64,000 nt of DNA, taken from Camelus ferus. Lineage: Eukaryota. This document shows positions 1 through 13,105 of the stretch, piece after piece. Within the stretch, counting starts at the first letter, position 1, and each line of letters opens with the position of its first letter. A model generated the notes under the pieces. It searched no databases. It saw only the letters and a program-made list of their open reading frames with translations, and had not been told where the DNA came from. The stretch lies in the NCBI RefSeq assembly GCF_009834535.1, contig NC_045696.1, positions 93,188,001-93,252,000 of the forward strand. The letters run 5' to 3'. A program made the position numbers and the translations under genes.

Positions 1-138
1 TATCACAATGCTCTCATCTCTGTGAATGACCTCCATGTAGTTACAGTGACTTCTCTGGCCCTTTTTTTCTTGGATAGAGTTCCCCATTTCTGTGATGTTG
101 GCAAGTCTAGCCCAGGGCTGCACTGCTTCTTCTGAAGA
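1..138 (-). other. MME: MME 3'UTR, proximal part (continues beyond window start)
   Basis: Follows the TAA stop (tta at 139-141 on +) in the last exon. Confidence 0.9.
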
Positions 139-261
<123 letters not shown>

Positions 262-431
262 TCACCATGAGAATTTGATACTCATATCCATACCACATAG
301 GAGCTCTGTAGACTTTCTTTGTAAAAGCCAAGAGAATGGGTTTGGAAGTTTCAGTTTAAAAGGGAAAAAAAAAAACAAAACTCTTAGAATGAACCCATTC
401 CTTTTCAGTAACAGAATTTTTAAGTGGAGAT

Positions 432-600
432 GTAGTAAACTATAGGACTTAAGAGCACCAATCTTGAAACCAGACTGCCTGGTTTGAATCCTGGTTATGA
501 ACTGTATTTATTTGGCCTCTCTGTGCCTCAGTTTCCTTTTCTGTAGAATGCATATAATAATAGTACTTGCATCTTCAGGTTGTCACAGGAAGTTCATTTA
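432..600 (+). mobile_element. MIR SINE
   Basis: ccagactgcctggtttgaatcctgg...ctctctgtgcctcagtttcct...ataatagtac MIR core. Boundaries approximate. Confidence 0.75.
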
Positions 601-2723
601 TCAACACTCTATATGTGTTTGTGAGATAAATGAATAATTCATATTTGGGATTGCAGTTATAAGAAAAGTTTGGTCAGAGAATAAAATCATGATTTCTTAC
701 CTTATCTTAAAAGGGCTCACACAATAGCTTTCAGTGTATCAGACTTCAAGTAGATATTTGTTGATTTGATGATTTGATTTAATAGGGAAGATAATTATTT
801 TCTTTATTCGCAAAAGAACCCCATAGGTATCAGAAACTGGATTCAGCCTGAGTAACTGGAAAGGCTTGGCAAATGCCAATTTCCTCTGATCTGACCCCAA
901 TGGGCAAAAACAACACTGTTCAACTCACTATCAGCACCAAGCAGCATTGGAGGGACAGCCAGGTCAGTACAATGAGGCAGAGGGATGTTTTCCCATCAAC
1001 CCTGAACCAGCCCCTTCCCTTCTCTCCCCCGGGAACTGCCCCGCCCCCACCACAGCCACCTTGGGCTGGGGGCCGGGGGCTGGGCAGCAAGCAGCCTAGA
1101 CCGCTGGGAAGACTTGGAGTTGGTGCTAATTTGCTGAGATCTCCCCACCTGGCAGACGTGTGCGCGTGTATGAGTCTGAGCATTTCTCTCCCTTTTAATC
1201 CATTCTTCATACAGTGGTCAGAGTGAATTTTAAAATTTAAGTCAAGTTCCATAATTCTCTTACTTAAAACCTTCCAGGGGCTTGAAGGCTATTCAAACTC
1301 CTCTCCATGGTCTCCAGCATCCCGGTGGCTCCAGTTACCTTCCACGCCTCCTCACAGTATCTTTCTCTTCTTGATCCTCATGAGGCTCAAACCACACTGA
1401 TCCACTTTCCATTCCTCAAACTGGCCCAGCTCTTTCCCTCTTCTGGGCCTGCTGTCCCTGCCAACCCTGCTCCCTGGAAATTTCCTCCCCCATGACTACA
1501 TAGCTAACTCCTTCCCAGACTTCATGCCCCCGCTGTAACACCCCCCCCCCACCCGAGGCCTTCTTGGAACACTGTCCACATGAGTTCCCCCATCTCTGCC
1601 CCCCATCAGCCCTGTCAGAGCACTGAGCACAATGTGCAATGATTTGTTCTCCTTCTGTAACTCCCTGACATACCCTCCACACTGTAACCACTATGAGGGC
1701 AAATACCAAGTATACCTTGCTCCCCGCTGCAGCACCAAAGCTCAGCACAGTGCCTGGCATATTGCAGGGCTCCAGACGTAACGACTAAGCCCATCCCCTG
1801 GCCGTGGTGATTACAGGTAGAGTTACAGGGCATTACAGAGAAACACACTGTTCAGTGTTTTTGGTTTATTTGCTACTGTAGACCAGCTAGAGAGAAAGAA
1901 AGCATTTCCTTTCCCCACCTCCACTCCATATGGATTTTCTAAGTCTGGCTTCCTAATGTCTCATCCATCACCACATCAGCTCTTTCTCAGTCTCCCACCC
2001 GCTACAACTCCCCTATCCTTTAGGAAGGATGTAAACATTTTTGGTTGTATGTTTTTGAGAACTCTTAGAGGAGTCTTAAAGATGGAAAGGAATCTTCCTG
2101 GTATGATGGGGTGGGGGAGCAGTTGAGGCGGGGAGGGCAGAGCAGAGGAACTTCCATGTATGGGTCCACTTGAGGGGGAGAAGACTGACTCTCCCAAGCC
2201 TGAAGAGGGGCCCAGGAACGCCAGTTTGTGTGAAGAGCAAGGACACGCCTCTCGCTCTGAGAGGAGCCCCAAGGGGATCTCTGATGGGATGGCACGTGTC
2301 TGTCGGGGACGCTCCCGCGGCCGTCGACCATAACCAGTGGAAGGAAATGGAGTCACCCGACTTTAGACAGGGCAATCGGACTTCTAGCATGTCAACAGTG
2401 ACCGTGGCAGGCTGGAGAAGGAAGTTATTCCCTAATTTCTAGGCTCATGAGATGCCACTGGATTCCTCTATGGCCCTGAAAATGACTGGAATTAGATTTC
2501 TCACTTCCTGGCTTAGGGTGGGAGCTTAGGGTTTAAATTAATATGATTTCTTACACATGAAAGTTCAAAAACAAATTCACTTGATATATGATCTATGATC
2601 ATACATATAAGAATAAAAAGCCTTTAGACATCAGAAATTTATATTAGTATTTAGTCTTTAAGATTCTAGGTTAACAGACTCTGGGAGTTAGAGAGGGGCT
2701 ATGATTCATTTAATCTAATCCTC

Positions 2724-2917
2724 AAAAGAAAAAAGAGAAAAAAATTTTAAAAAGTTTCTTTTGTATAGTATAGGGAACTATGTTCAATATCTTGTAATAA
2801 ACTTTAATGGAAAAAAATATAAAAACAACTATATATATGTACATGCATGACTGAGATATTGTGCTGTACACCAGAGATAGACACATTGTACTTGACTGTA
2901 CTTCAATTAAAAAAAAA
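2724..2917 (+). mobile_element. Short 5'-truncated L1 3' end with poly(A)
   Basis: Resembles the L1 3' end at 22981-23150 (tgtatagYaYagggaa...tgtgctStacac...acattgta); possible TSD aatcctc at 2717-2723 and 2918-2924. Confidence 0.75.
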
Positions 2918-5369
2918 AATCCTCTTCCCACATTAGGAAACCCGATTAGCTGGCTGAGGGACAGTATGACAGTGGTCTGACTGTTCCTCAGACTGAGGAG
3001 CAAGCTTCCTGATGGACAAGGTAAGCATTTGACAATCATTGGCTGGTAATTAACATTTTTTCAAAGGACTGTGTCTTAAATATCACCATATGGGGATAAG
3101 CACTTCAGTAAAAATGCCCTAACTGATGGCTTAATTCTATGTTTCTCTTAAAAATATTAAAGAAACAGAAACACATACACATACACCTCAAAACAAGAAA
3201 ACTTTAACCCCACACCACTGGGAGTTGGCCACGCAGCAACACTCAAACTGACCCACATGCCCTCCTTCTCCATTCTAGCTCCTCTCTTTCCTTCCAAAGA
3301 CTTCAATTTAGATAATTTAATTCTGAATAATCAGGTCAACAACGTACTAGGGCTTCACTTACTTTCCTAGGACTCTAATTAGTGTTACATTGTTTATAAC
3401 ATCAAATCTTTGGATGGATGACAAAAATAGTCTATTTTAAAAAGTGGATACATTATTAATTAAAATGAAGCTCTTCTCTAAGAATGGGATCATATTTTAT
3501 TAATATTCTTACAGGAATCTCATGCTACCTGAAAACTGTAGTTTTTGTGTTTCTGTTTACAATAACAGAAGATAATACTTTTATTGGTTATGTCTTAATC
3601 TACTTGAAATTTTTACTTTATTATACCAAGCGTTTTATCACAGTGCTGCTGTTTATTCCCTTGGCAAATAATCACCTGTACTGAAAATATCTAAAAGATA
3701 TGGTGTTGAACATCATGTAACCAAGAATGGACTTTATATCCTATAACATATCTGACTACTCCTGCCTGCAAATAACTTTTTTAAATTACAGAATGAGCTT
3801 TTTTGCAATTAGTGAGTTCTCTGACAATATTTGATTACTTCTTTTAAATAAATGACTTGTCTACAAGGTGTTCATAGATAAACTATCCAATCTTTATCAT
3901 TAACTAATGTTCATGGTCCTTTTAAAGTAAGGTCACTTTGATCAGCATATGTTCCACTGAAATTCATGAAGAAATAAATGTCTGAATAGATTCCCAGGTA
4001 TAGCCCAAAGAATAGTAAGTGTTTATAGCAGTTCTATGAGGCCCACCGAAATTCACATCGTTTATAAAATACCAGAAACCAATGCTAATAAATGGAGGAA
4101 ACAGCAGTATTTCAAAGAGGGTTTGGCTTAGGCAGGTTAAGTCATTGAACCATAAGAAACAAAATAGCCATGTAACTTGAAAATGTCTACATAAAACACT
4201 AGAAAGACTTTTCCTTTAGAAGTAGTAGAAATTAAGCTGTGGAAAACGTTTCTTGTATTATTAGTGGCATTAATTCTCTCAAGTGCCCTTTGTTCTTACT
4301 GGAAGCTGATCTCAAGCAACCTAAGTAAATTAGTAGCATTACTTTCCAGGTGGCTTAGACATTGGTGTCATTTTGTCTACTTGAACTTGCTTTAAAAAGT
4401 GATCAGGTCCTTATATCTCATACAGAAATATTACATCTGAATAACTTTAGAAACACATTTATAGATAATACAGTAAATATTATCATAGCAACCATTCCCT
4501 GAAGTGACTGTAGATGGCTAACAAAAACTGGATTTCCTAAAATAAGTCATTTAAATTGCAAATTCAACTTCTACAATACAAGGGGAAACGTTTTTGTTTT
4601 AAACACCAAAGTTTTAGAAGCTTATCTGAAAATACGTAAAACTTTAGTTAGGAAGAATAAAACAATTATAGATTAGACCTAACATGGTTTTATAGAGTCA
4701 GCTTTATAGCAATATACTTTGCCTTTTGTTTTTAATACTGTGGTTATTTAAGCATAAAGTTACAAAATCTCCCTCTGTTTCAGAAGTTTCTGCAGAAACC
4801 ACTATGCACAATTTTTCAACAGCAACTCAGTATCTTACTAGTTTTTAAGTTTCTTTAAAAACATGTGTTTTACTTTGTACAGCCAGGAAGCAGCCTGTTT
4901 CCAAAACTAAATGTGACTTCAACCTTTTGCCAAGGAAATCCTTTTACCTCCAGTAAAAATAATAATTTCCTTGACAAAAGGTTGGCATTCCATTTACCCT
5001 TTAAAAAAATCAACACATACTTCTCTTATTATGAATGAAAAATAGTCAAAGAGGCATCTTTGGGGCCAAAACAAAGAAAATGACAGGTATAAATAATTTT
5101 ATATATTTATAATAAAGTACTCAGTTTAAAATTGGGGGTAGAAAACAATTACATATCTACCTAAATTATCACTTAACTGGTGATTAGTTATTTACATTTT
5201 GAACCATGCAGACATAAGAAATGAATAAAGAAAAAAAAAAAAGCCCTTGACTGTCAGCTAATATGGAATGTTGCAAAATTCATACACATTTTTTCATAGA
5301 TATTCTGTTCTTATTTCTCTAATCTAAAAGTAATCCTAGCGCTACTTTTCAAATACATATATGTAATAG

Positions 5370-5540
5370 GTACTTCATACACAGTAACATTAATCCTCCT
5401 AGGAACTATCATAGTAATTCAATCCTAATTTTATATATCAAGAAATGGAGACACAGAGGTTAAGGATCAGCTTGTAAATGGCAGAGCCATGGCTGAAACT
5501 CAAATGTTTCTTAATTCAAAGCTTGCATTCATTTTTTACC
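5370..5540 (-). mobile_element. MIR SINE
   Basis: gaaatggagacacagaggttaag...gtaaatggcagagc (reverse MIR core). Boundaries approximate. Confidence 0.6.
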
Positions 5541-6198
5541 ATAAAAGTCTTGAGAATATGTTTTCTGAGCTAATCGAAATGGAGGAATGGGACAGGTGAA
5601 GACAGACAATATAGTAAAAAGAAAGAGAAAAACAGAAAAGACCTAATAAACAACCACAATGAAAAGTTAAGAAGTATCACCATCAATGGCTCTGTAGTGT
5701 AGGAATAAATAACTCCACATATTATAGCTCCTAAGGATTTTACAAATCTAGTAAACAGTGAAACCATAAGTAAGTCATAACAGTAGTCTGTGTCATCAAG
5801 AAAAAGAAAGCTCAGGTTTTGTTCAGGATACTGTGCTAATAAGGCAGGAAGCTAGAAAATTTATTTTAGAGAAATTTTAATCCATTGGTTAGGATAAAAA
5901 TGTTAATACTCGAGACAAATTTTAGCCATCAAAAAAATTAATTTGTTACCTCTTGTTCTCTGAAGATGCCAGATGTACAAGGTATTAATAATTAATATTA
6001 CTTAAATCCACCTGGACTTTTTATGGCTATATGCTTTGGTTCATGAGGCTACGTAGGGCAAAGCTTTGACAAATTAGGTTGTTATGGTGGTTTGTGTGAG
6101 TTTATAAGTGCTCTCTGTTATCCTCAGAATTATATTCTTAGACCTTAATTTATGAAGACTTCAGTAAGGAAAAACACAACTTTAAAAAATTAAAACCA

Positions 6199-6635
6199 TC
6201 GAATCACTATGCTGTGTACCAGGAACTAACACAGTGATGTAGGTCAATTATACTTCAAAAACAGACAAATACATCATAGAAAAAGAGATCAGATTTGTAA
6301 TCAGGTGGAGGGAAGGGGAACTGGCTGAAGGTAGTTGAAAGGTACAAACTATGAATCATAAGGTAAATAAGTACTAGAGCAATAATGTACAACATGATAG
6401 ATATAGTTAACACTGCTGTATGTTATGTATGAAAGTTAAAAGAGTAAAACCTAGGAGTTTTCAACACAAAAAAATTTTTTTCATTTTCTTTTATTTTGTA
6501 TCTATATGAGATAATGGATGTTCAATAAATTTATCATGGTCATCATTTCATGATGTAAGTCAGCTCATTGTGCTGTACACCCTAAACTTACATAGTGCTG
6601 TATGTTAATTATATCTCAATAAAACTGGAAGAAGA
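6199..6635 (+). mobile_element. L1 3'UTR fragment (cetartiodactyl-type)
   Basis: gaatcactatgctgtgtacc ... ctgtatgttaattatatctcaataaaactggaa L1 3' end motifs. Confidence 0.75.
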
Positions 6636-6845
6636 AATACAAAATAATTTCAAAAATAATTAGGACTATATAAAAAATAATGAGAGGAAGGAAGGAAGGG
6701 AGGGAGGGAGGGAGGAAGAAAGGGCAAGTGAGTGAAAAGCACTGGATTTCCAAATTTTATAGAATCCGAGTTGGAAAAAGGCCTCCGAATTTGAAGTAAT
6801 GGAGACAGTATTGGAGCACCTTCACAGCTGTTCATACTCACGCAC

Positions 6846-6922
6846 CTGAAGTTGCCTGGACTGTGCACATCTGTTTTAATGGAGTTGATCGCATACTCTG
6901 GCCTGTAGGTCCCACACCACAC
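6846..6922 (-). CDS. MME: MME exon 22: [25 protein letters not shown](R)
   Basis: cctag|GTG ... TTCAG|gtgcgt; 77 nt; contains the conserved DVHSP His. Confidence 0.97.
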
Positions 6923-7246
6923 CTAGGAAATAGGAATAGAAAAACAAAAGCAACGTACTTAGGTTCCATCAAGGATTATTTGTTTGGACAGTCTAGCAAA
7001 AAAACTTCCTATTGCAATAATTAAATTGGAATTCTGCATGCTCAGCCAATTACTCTTCAAATAAGGTTCAATAATAGGCAACCAGGAACATAATTATCAT
7101 TAATCTGATCTGACAGTCTGTTACACATAATGAAAGTTAGTCAATCAAATGCTCTGCCACAATTGATTAAAACAAGAAAACTCAGCAGGCAACATCTAAC
7201 TTACTATGAAATTATAACTCAAAATGATTTTCATATCTATCAATCA

Positions 7247-7357
<111 letters not shown>

Positions 7358-8427
7358 CTAGGCAGTTAATGAAATAGAAACATGATGTTTGTAGTTTGTA
7401 AACTTATACATAATTCTGTGCAAAGAACATGTAATCAAGTAATTAACCTTTTATATCAGAATCACCATAATAATACATTTAGATATAGCAAACTACAACT
7501 ATTTAATGGATTAGAAAGACTAGAATTTACTTACAAAACTCTCTGAAAAGAACAAGATAAATGATTAACAGGTAAAAGACTAGTATATGTCAGATGATCA
7601 ACAAATGTCAGCTAGATGAAAGAATGACTTAAATAAGTGATGAAAAACTTAAATAAATGTTGTTCTACAGATGGATATGTCTAGCTATGTGGAAGAAAAG
7701 ATTGCCAAGGGAGTCTGCAATCACTATCCTTGCTTAGTTACTTTTCTCAGCAAAAGAGACTCACACCAGACTTAGTTTGAGTGATTCTTGCCAAAAGTCA
7801 AATGATTCTCTTAAGATCCCTTAGAGGCCTAACATCCTATGATTCTAAGAATAAGGATGAGCAATTATTATGGTCCCCGGAAGGCAGGGCAAAATAGACT
7901 GAACCTCAGTGACATTAGGAAGAAGAAATTTAGATTAATTGAGTGCCAGAAAATGTTCTTAATTCTTAAGGATTTATGGACACTATTGAAAAATGCAGTT
8001 TTCTTTTACTAAGTATACCTAAGAAAGGGATTGACAATAACTTTCTGAGATGTGTTAGTTTCAATTTAATACGAAGAAAGGTGATAATTAGATATGCAGA
8101 AGATATATTTCATTTCTTCTTACTTGCCATCAACATAGATTTATTAAGTCTCTACTGTGCAAAGATGCTGGGGATATGGGAAAGGCTTGAGCCTGTTCCT
8201 CTTAGGGAGCTCACAATCAAGCAGGGAGCGTGACATTCTGAGATTTCATGTATAATAAAATATTTGCACAATTGTAATTTGCTTCATTATTATAATTCTG
8301 TACTGGTTCTATGTGAAGACCTCTATGGAAATACCCTTAATACAGACTTTGGCCAGATTTATACAGCAGTGATTCTCAATTTGGCTATGAATTAGAATCA
8401 CCATGGAATATTAAAAGCAAACAGTAT

Positions 8428-9145
8428 CTTCCACTTCCAGACAAGATGGAGTGACAGGGACTGAGTTTATCCTCCTACTGAAACAACCAAATGGTAGACA
8501 AAATGCATTAAACAACGGTTTGCATGACACTGGACATCAGGCAAAAAGGAAAGTCGTCTCTAGAAGATGGTAAACAAACAAAATGAGCCCTATGATTGTC
8601 CCAGCCTTGAGCATTTCCAGGCCACAAAGTAGAGTGTGAAACCCCAGTGGGAGCCTGACGGACTCCTTGTGTGGGTGAGAGTTCAGTGACACCAAGGAGA
8701 GGGTACTAAAGAGGAGAAAGCTGCAGAGAAAAAGAATCTCAGAGATCAAATTGCTCCCTCAGGTATTCAGCTGGCATATAAATATGCATATGAGCAAACT
8801 ACCCAGCCTAGGGAAGGAACCGCAGAAAAGGACTGGAGATAAAAGTGATAAAAATGAGTCTGGTACTCGTACAAGACAAGAATGGAAGACCTCAAGATTA
8901 CATAGTAGGGTCTTGACTCAGCAGCGAAGAATAATTATCCGTAGATTGAGCACTACCCCAGACATGCCTACGAGTTGTAAAAGCAAGACCCAAAAGGATC
9001 AAACCATTTCTGAGGAATTTAACTGCATCCTAGAATAAAGCTCAAGAGTATTTATAGGAAAACAAAAATATCCAACACCCAAAGAGGAAAAATGCACAAT
9101 GTCTGGCACCCAGTAAAAAAATCTTTAAGCATTTAAAGAAGCAGT
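8428..9145 (+). mobile_element. Old L1 5' end fragment (L1M-type 5'UTR into ORF1 start)
   Basis: cttccagacaagatggagtgacaggga start; ends aaatgcacaatgtctggcacccag...aagaagcag. Boundaries approximate. Confidence 0.6.
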
Positions 9146-10311
9146 AATCTACCATCTTCCAGGACTTGGCTGGGACTCATTCTTTTGGAAACTTTGCAGC
9201 CAGCTTAATCTCCCAAGACTAACACTTTGATCATCCAGGGTCACTCTCAAGTCACATGTCCTACCAGTCATCTCTCCAACATGGCTCTGATAGTCCCTCC
9301 TTCCTGACCCAACCAGTGAAGCTCTCCAGCCCTCCAACCCTACATCCTCATCTGCTCCACTGAATATTCCATCCATCTTTGTCTCAGGACCTGGTTCTAC
9401 CCTGCAGACACCTTGTCCCCTATACCCTCTCAAGTAGACCCTGCTTTTTCTTCACATGTGGGCTACCTTAGGGTTGGGAAAAATGACTCAAAATCATGCT
9501 CACTCTTCCTTGTTGCTTCCAAGACCATTATTCTTCCACTCTTTTCTGAAAATACATACTTTTTCTCATGTACATAATGTTCAGTAGGCCATTTTAAATT
9601 TTCACTCAAATCATCAAATAATGACATCTTTTATGTAGGGTTCAAAGCTGTATCTTCAGCACCAAGAAAAGTGCCAAACACACCTCAACAAGTATTGCTG
9701 AATGGTAAAATGAATGGAAGCCTGAATGCGATTCTAACGGATGCTCCAACAATATATTCCTCTGAGTATAATGGTTTGGACTACTGCACAACCACATGCT
9801 GGAACCATTTCACTTCAGTCCCTCACTATCATTGTAACTGGACTATGGTTTAATATTATGCCGGTGGTTTATGTTGATTATTGCTCCCAAATACTGCTTC
9901 TCTGTTGTGAAACTGAGAGTCCTGCTCAGTCCATCAATCAATGACTCTGAAATAATCCTTTTTATAGACTAGCTTTTCTAAAAAGATTTATTTCAGAGAT
10001 TATTTCTTAGAAAAACGTTGGCTCCTCTGTAGAATTTACATGTCTCCTCAATTCTGTCATTATAATAGTCTGTATTTCCTTTTCTCCTTGGCTTTTTGGA
10101 AGCTTAGAGACTGATATTCGGCTCAGTCACATCAACTGTATTGCCCCTTCTGGTTAGCATATTTCTCTTTCTCCTTACGTAGTTTTCATTTTCTATTTAT
10201 CATTTATTCCTTACATTATATGTGTCTTTTGCAAAAATCTTTAAATGAATGATTAAATATGATCAATATACACTCCAACCACTAAAATGGGAAGAAAATA
10301 TTATTACTCAC

Positions 10312-10377
10312 TCTGTATGCTTGGCCAATACCACCATTATCAGCAATGTTTTCTCCCAGTGTGTTAATTCCATTGAG
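10312..10377 (-). CDS. MME: MME exon 20: [22 protein letters not shown]
   Basis: aacag|CTC ... AGA|gtgagt; 66 nt; GENIAD motif (third zinc ligand Glu). Confidence 0.98.
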
Positions 10378-10508
10378 CTGTTAAGAAAAACAGAAAACAA
10401 TGTTAACAAACCACTTAAAGACCCTTACCAGTGTTTGGATTATTAAGAAAGCATCAGCAATTCACTTAAGATTGAATATAACTTTTCAGGAGAGTGCTGA
10501 TAACATAC

Positions 10509-10642
10509 ATGCTGTCCACCTGCTAGGTCCCAGGAGAAGTTTCCATACTGGTACACCATGCACTGGGATTGCTTTTTAAAGTTATTTGCAGACTCTTGAG
10601 TCCACCAGTCAACAAGGTCTCCGTCCTTGTTAAAATTTCTGC
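10509..10642 (-). CDS. MME: MME exon 19: (G)[44 protein letters not shown]
   Basis: ttcag|GC ... CAT|gtatgt; 134 nt. Confidence 0.97.
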
Positions 10643-11224
10643 CTGAAATATATTTATTTAAGTAAAATGAGAACTCGTTACGTCAGGAATTGCAATAAGG
10701 TATCTGTAATTCAAGGCGCAAGGACTGAAATACCACTGTGTGAGAGAACATTAAATTGCACAGATGATGAGAGAAACTGTTCTCCTTTCTCACCCGAGCT
10801 GATGAAACCCGGACTGCTGGGGCTGTCTGCTGATACGCCTTAGTGTTAACCCAGATGTTTTACCCGCTTGGCTCTTGATGTCTCCGCCGAGGCCACCAGA
10901 TAAACACTCCTGAAATCATGACTTGTTTCTGTTGGACAGTTTTCACCTGAACCAAGTCTGTTTAACTTGATGTTACGAGATTTTACAGAGGTCAATATTG
11001 CACTCTAGCATTCATTTCATATCCCAAACCCTTCATTAGACATTGTGGACTCAGTTTCCCAGTACTTCAAGCACAAGGGAAAAGTTGCCTTTCCCCCTGG
11101 AGCTTTCTTGCTGATCCTAACTACTGATCTTCCCCTTTTTGAGCTTCAGCAACATTTATATGTATCATATGTCTGATACTTAATTTTTATCATCTTTTAA
11201 ACAGTTGTCTGTGAAAAGGGGTAT

Positions 11225-11390
11225 AAAGACAAACCACCTGACCCCACATCCTGGCTCACCAATTCCCAGTTTTGTAACTTTGAGCATGTCTTATGTCTCT
11301 CTGTATTTTTTCTGCTTGAAAAATGGAAAGAGTATTAACACCTACCTGTGAAGATTGCTGTGTAGTTTAATTGAGTTAACAGACGCTTAG
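11225..11390 (+). mobile_element. MIR SINE
   Basis: tcctggctcacc...tgtaactttgagc...aaaatgg...cacctacctgtgaagattgctgtg. Boundaries approximate. Confidence 0.55.
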
Positions 11391-11661
11391 TATGTCCTTC
11401 CTGTCTCCTTGTCTTCCTGGGCTCTCAAAAATTGGATTAAGGCTTGATTATTTTCTCTCTGCTGTACTCTTTTTATTGTCTTTCCATTTGTGAACTGACT
11501 TTTGTTATGCTTCAACTAGTACCTCTTTATCTCATGTCCTTACTTCTAGTCCTCTCAAATTTCAATGAAACTCTAAATCTACTTTGCCATTCGGGGCAGC
11601 ATATAAACATTAACTGCCTACTGTTTGTAAGACCCTGAACTACGTAGTAGGTGTAAGATGC

Positions 11662-11697
<36 letters not shown>

Positions 11698-11703
11698 GAA
11701 AAG
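11662..11703. repeat. Poly(A) followed by (GAAAA)n
   Basis: Directly visible. Confidence 0.9.
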
Positions 11704-12051
11704 TCTCTGATCACAAGCAGTTTAAGAATCCTATGGGCATTTTACTTTCAGAGTTTACATCTAATTAAGACATGGACCCTATCATCTAAAAGTCTGTCTG
11801 GTGAGATAAGACACAAATGATCATAAGACCAGACGTTACCATTGGTGCTGAAAATACATCACAGTGTTTTCTCAATGTGAATATATGTTTTATTCTGTCA
11901 GAATATAAAGCACATATTGCTAACCTCACTCTTAGAAATTTCTGATCTTCTCAACCAACAATTTGTAAGGAATACTAAAAGTGTGGTGATTTATTAGGCC
12001 AGTGATATGCTGATGAATAAATGTGTTTTTGTATTGATAAATTACAATAAC

Positions 12052-12204
12052 CTTTTTGCCATTTTGGGGTTCTTTTGGGTGAGGAGGTAGTTAGGTTTAT
12101 TTATTTACTTATTTATATATTTATTTTTAATGGAGGTACTGGGAATTGAACACAAGAATTCCTGCATGCTATGCACACACTTTACCACTGAGCCATCCCT
12201 CCCC
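12052..12204 (-). mobile_element. tRNA-derived SINE (camelid Vic-1-like)
   Basis: Reverse strand GGGGAGGGATGGCTCAGTGGTAAAG (A box)...GTTCAATTCCCAGTACCTCCA (B box), (TAAA)n tail; near-TSD ttaYaataac. Confidence 0.85.
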
Positions 12205-12246
12205 TCTTATAATAACTCTTGATCAGGTTTACTAGGATATATCTCA

Positions 12247-12414
<168 letters not shown>

Positions 12415-12929
12415 TTAGAGACTACTTGTGGTTTTATTCTGCAGACGACAGGCCTGGGGTTGGCTTCTTGCCTGCTAAACTGTTTTCCGGTATGCTGGTT
12501 TCACTTAATTGTATACAAAAATCTTCCACGATAGAAACAAATGCAGGTCTTTTATTATTGATGACAGCAAAGAGTTCATCCCAGAGTGGCATCATAATCT
12601 ATGATTTATGTTCCCAATTCACTTTACGATATCCATTAAGATTGTTTTTTGCTATAAGGAGTTAAGAACAAGGGAAAATGATCATCTTCATTCATAAGGT
12701 CTCTTCCCCATTGCAAATATTTGGGAGAAATAGTTACTTAATAACAGAAAGTATTAGTTTTACTGTCTCTAACATTTTATCCATCTACAATAGCTTAGTA
12801 AATAAACAGAGCCACTCAGTTGAAGGTTCCCCAATCACACAACCTTGTTTAATTTTCATCCAGGCATGTATGACTCTTTACTTATTTATTTATGGTTGGT
12901 GGCCCTTCTTCTTCTTGTCTGCCTCCAAA

Positions 12930-13105
12930 GCACCTCAAATATTAGCTCTTTGAGAGCAGAGATTTGTTCGTTTGTTTTTGAGTCCATTTGCTTTTTCAGT
13001 TAATTATCTCTAGAACCTAAAACTAGATGAAGGCTGGAACATAATAGGTGCTCAGGAAATGTATGGAATAAATGAATAATCAATGATAAATGAATGAATG
13101 ACTGA
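12930..13105 (+). mobile_element. L2 3' end
   Basis: ggctggaacataataggtgctcagg...(tgaa)n tail. Boundaries approximate. Confidence 0.6.

Noticed and set aside
6650..6845. ORF extension of exon 22 into intron 22 (similar read-throughs at 38683 and 44016)
   Set aside because: Simple read-through past canonical donors into low-complexity intron sequence; nothing in the sequence supports retention.
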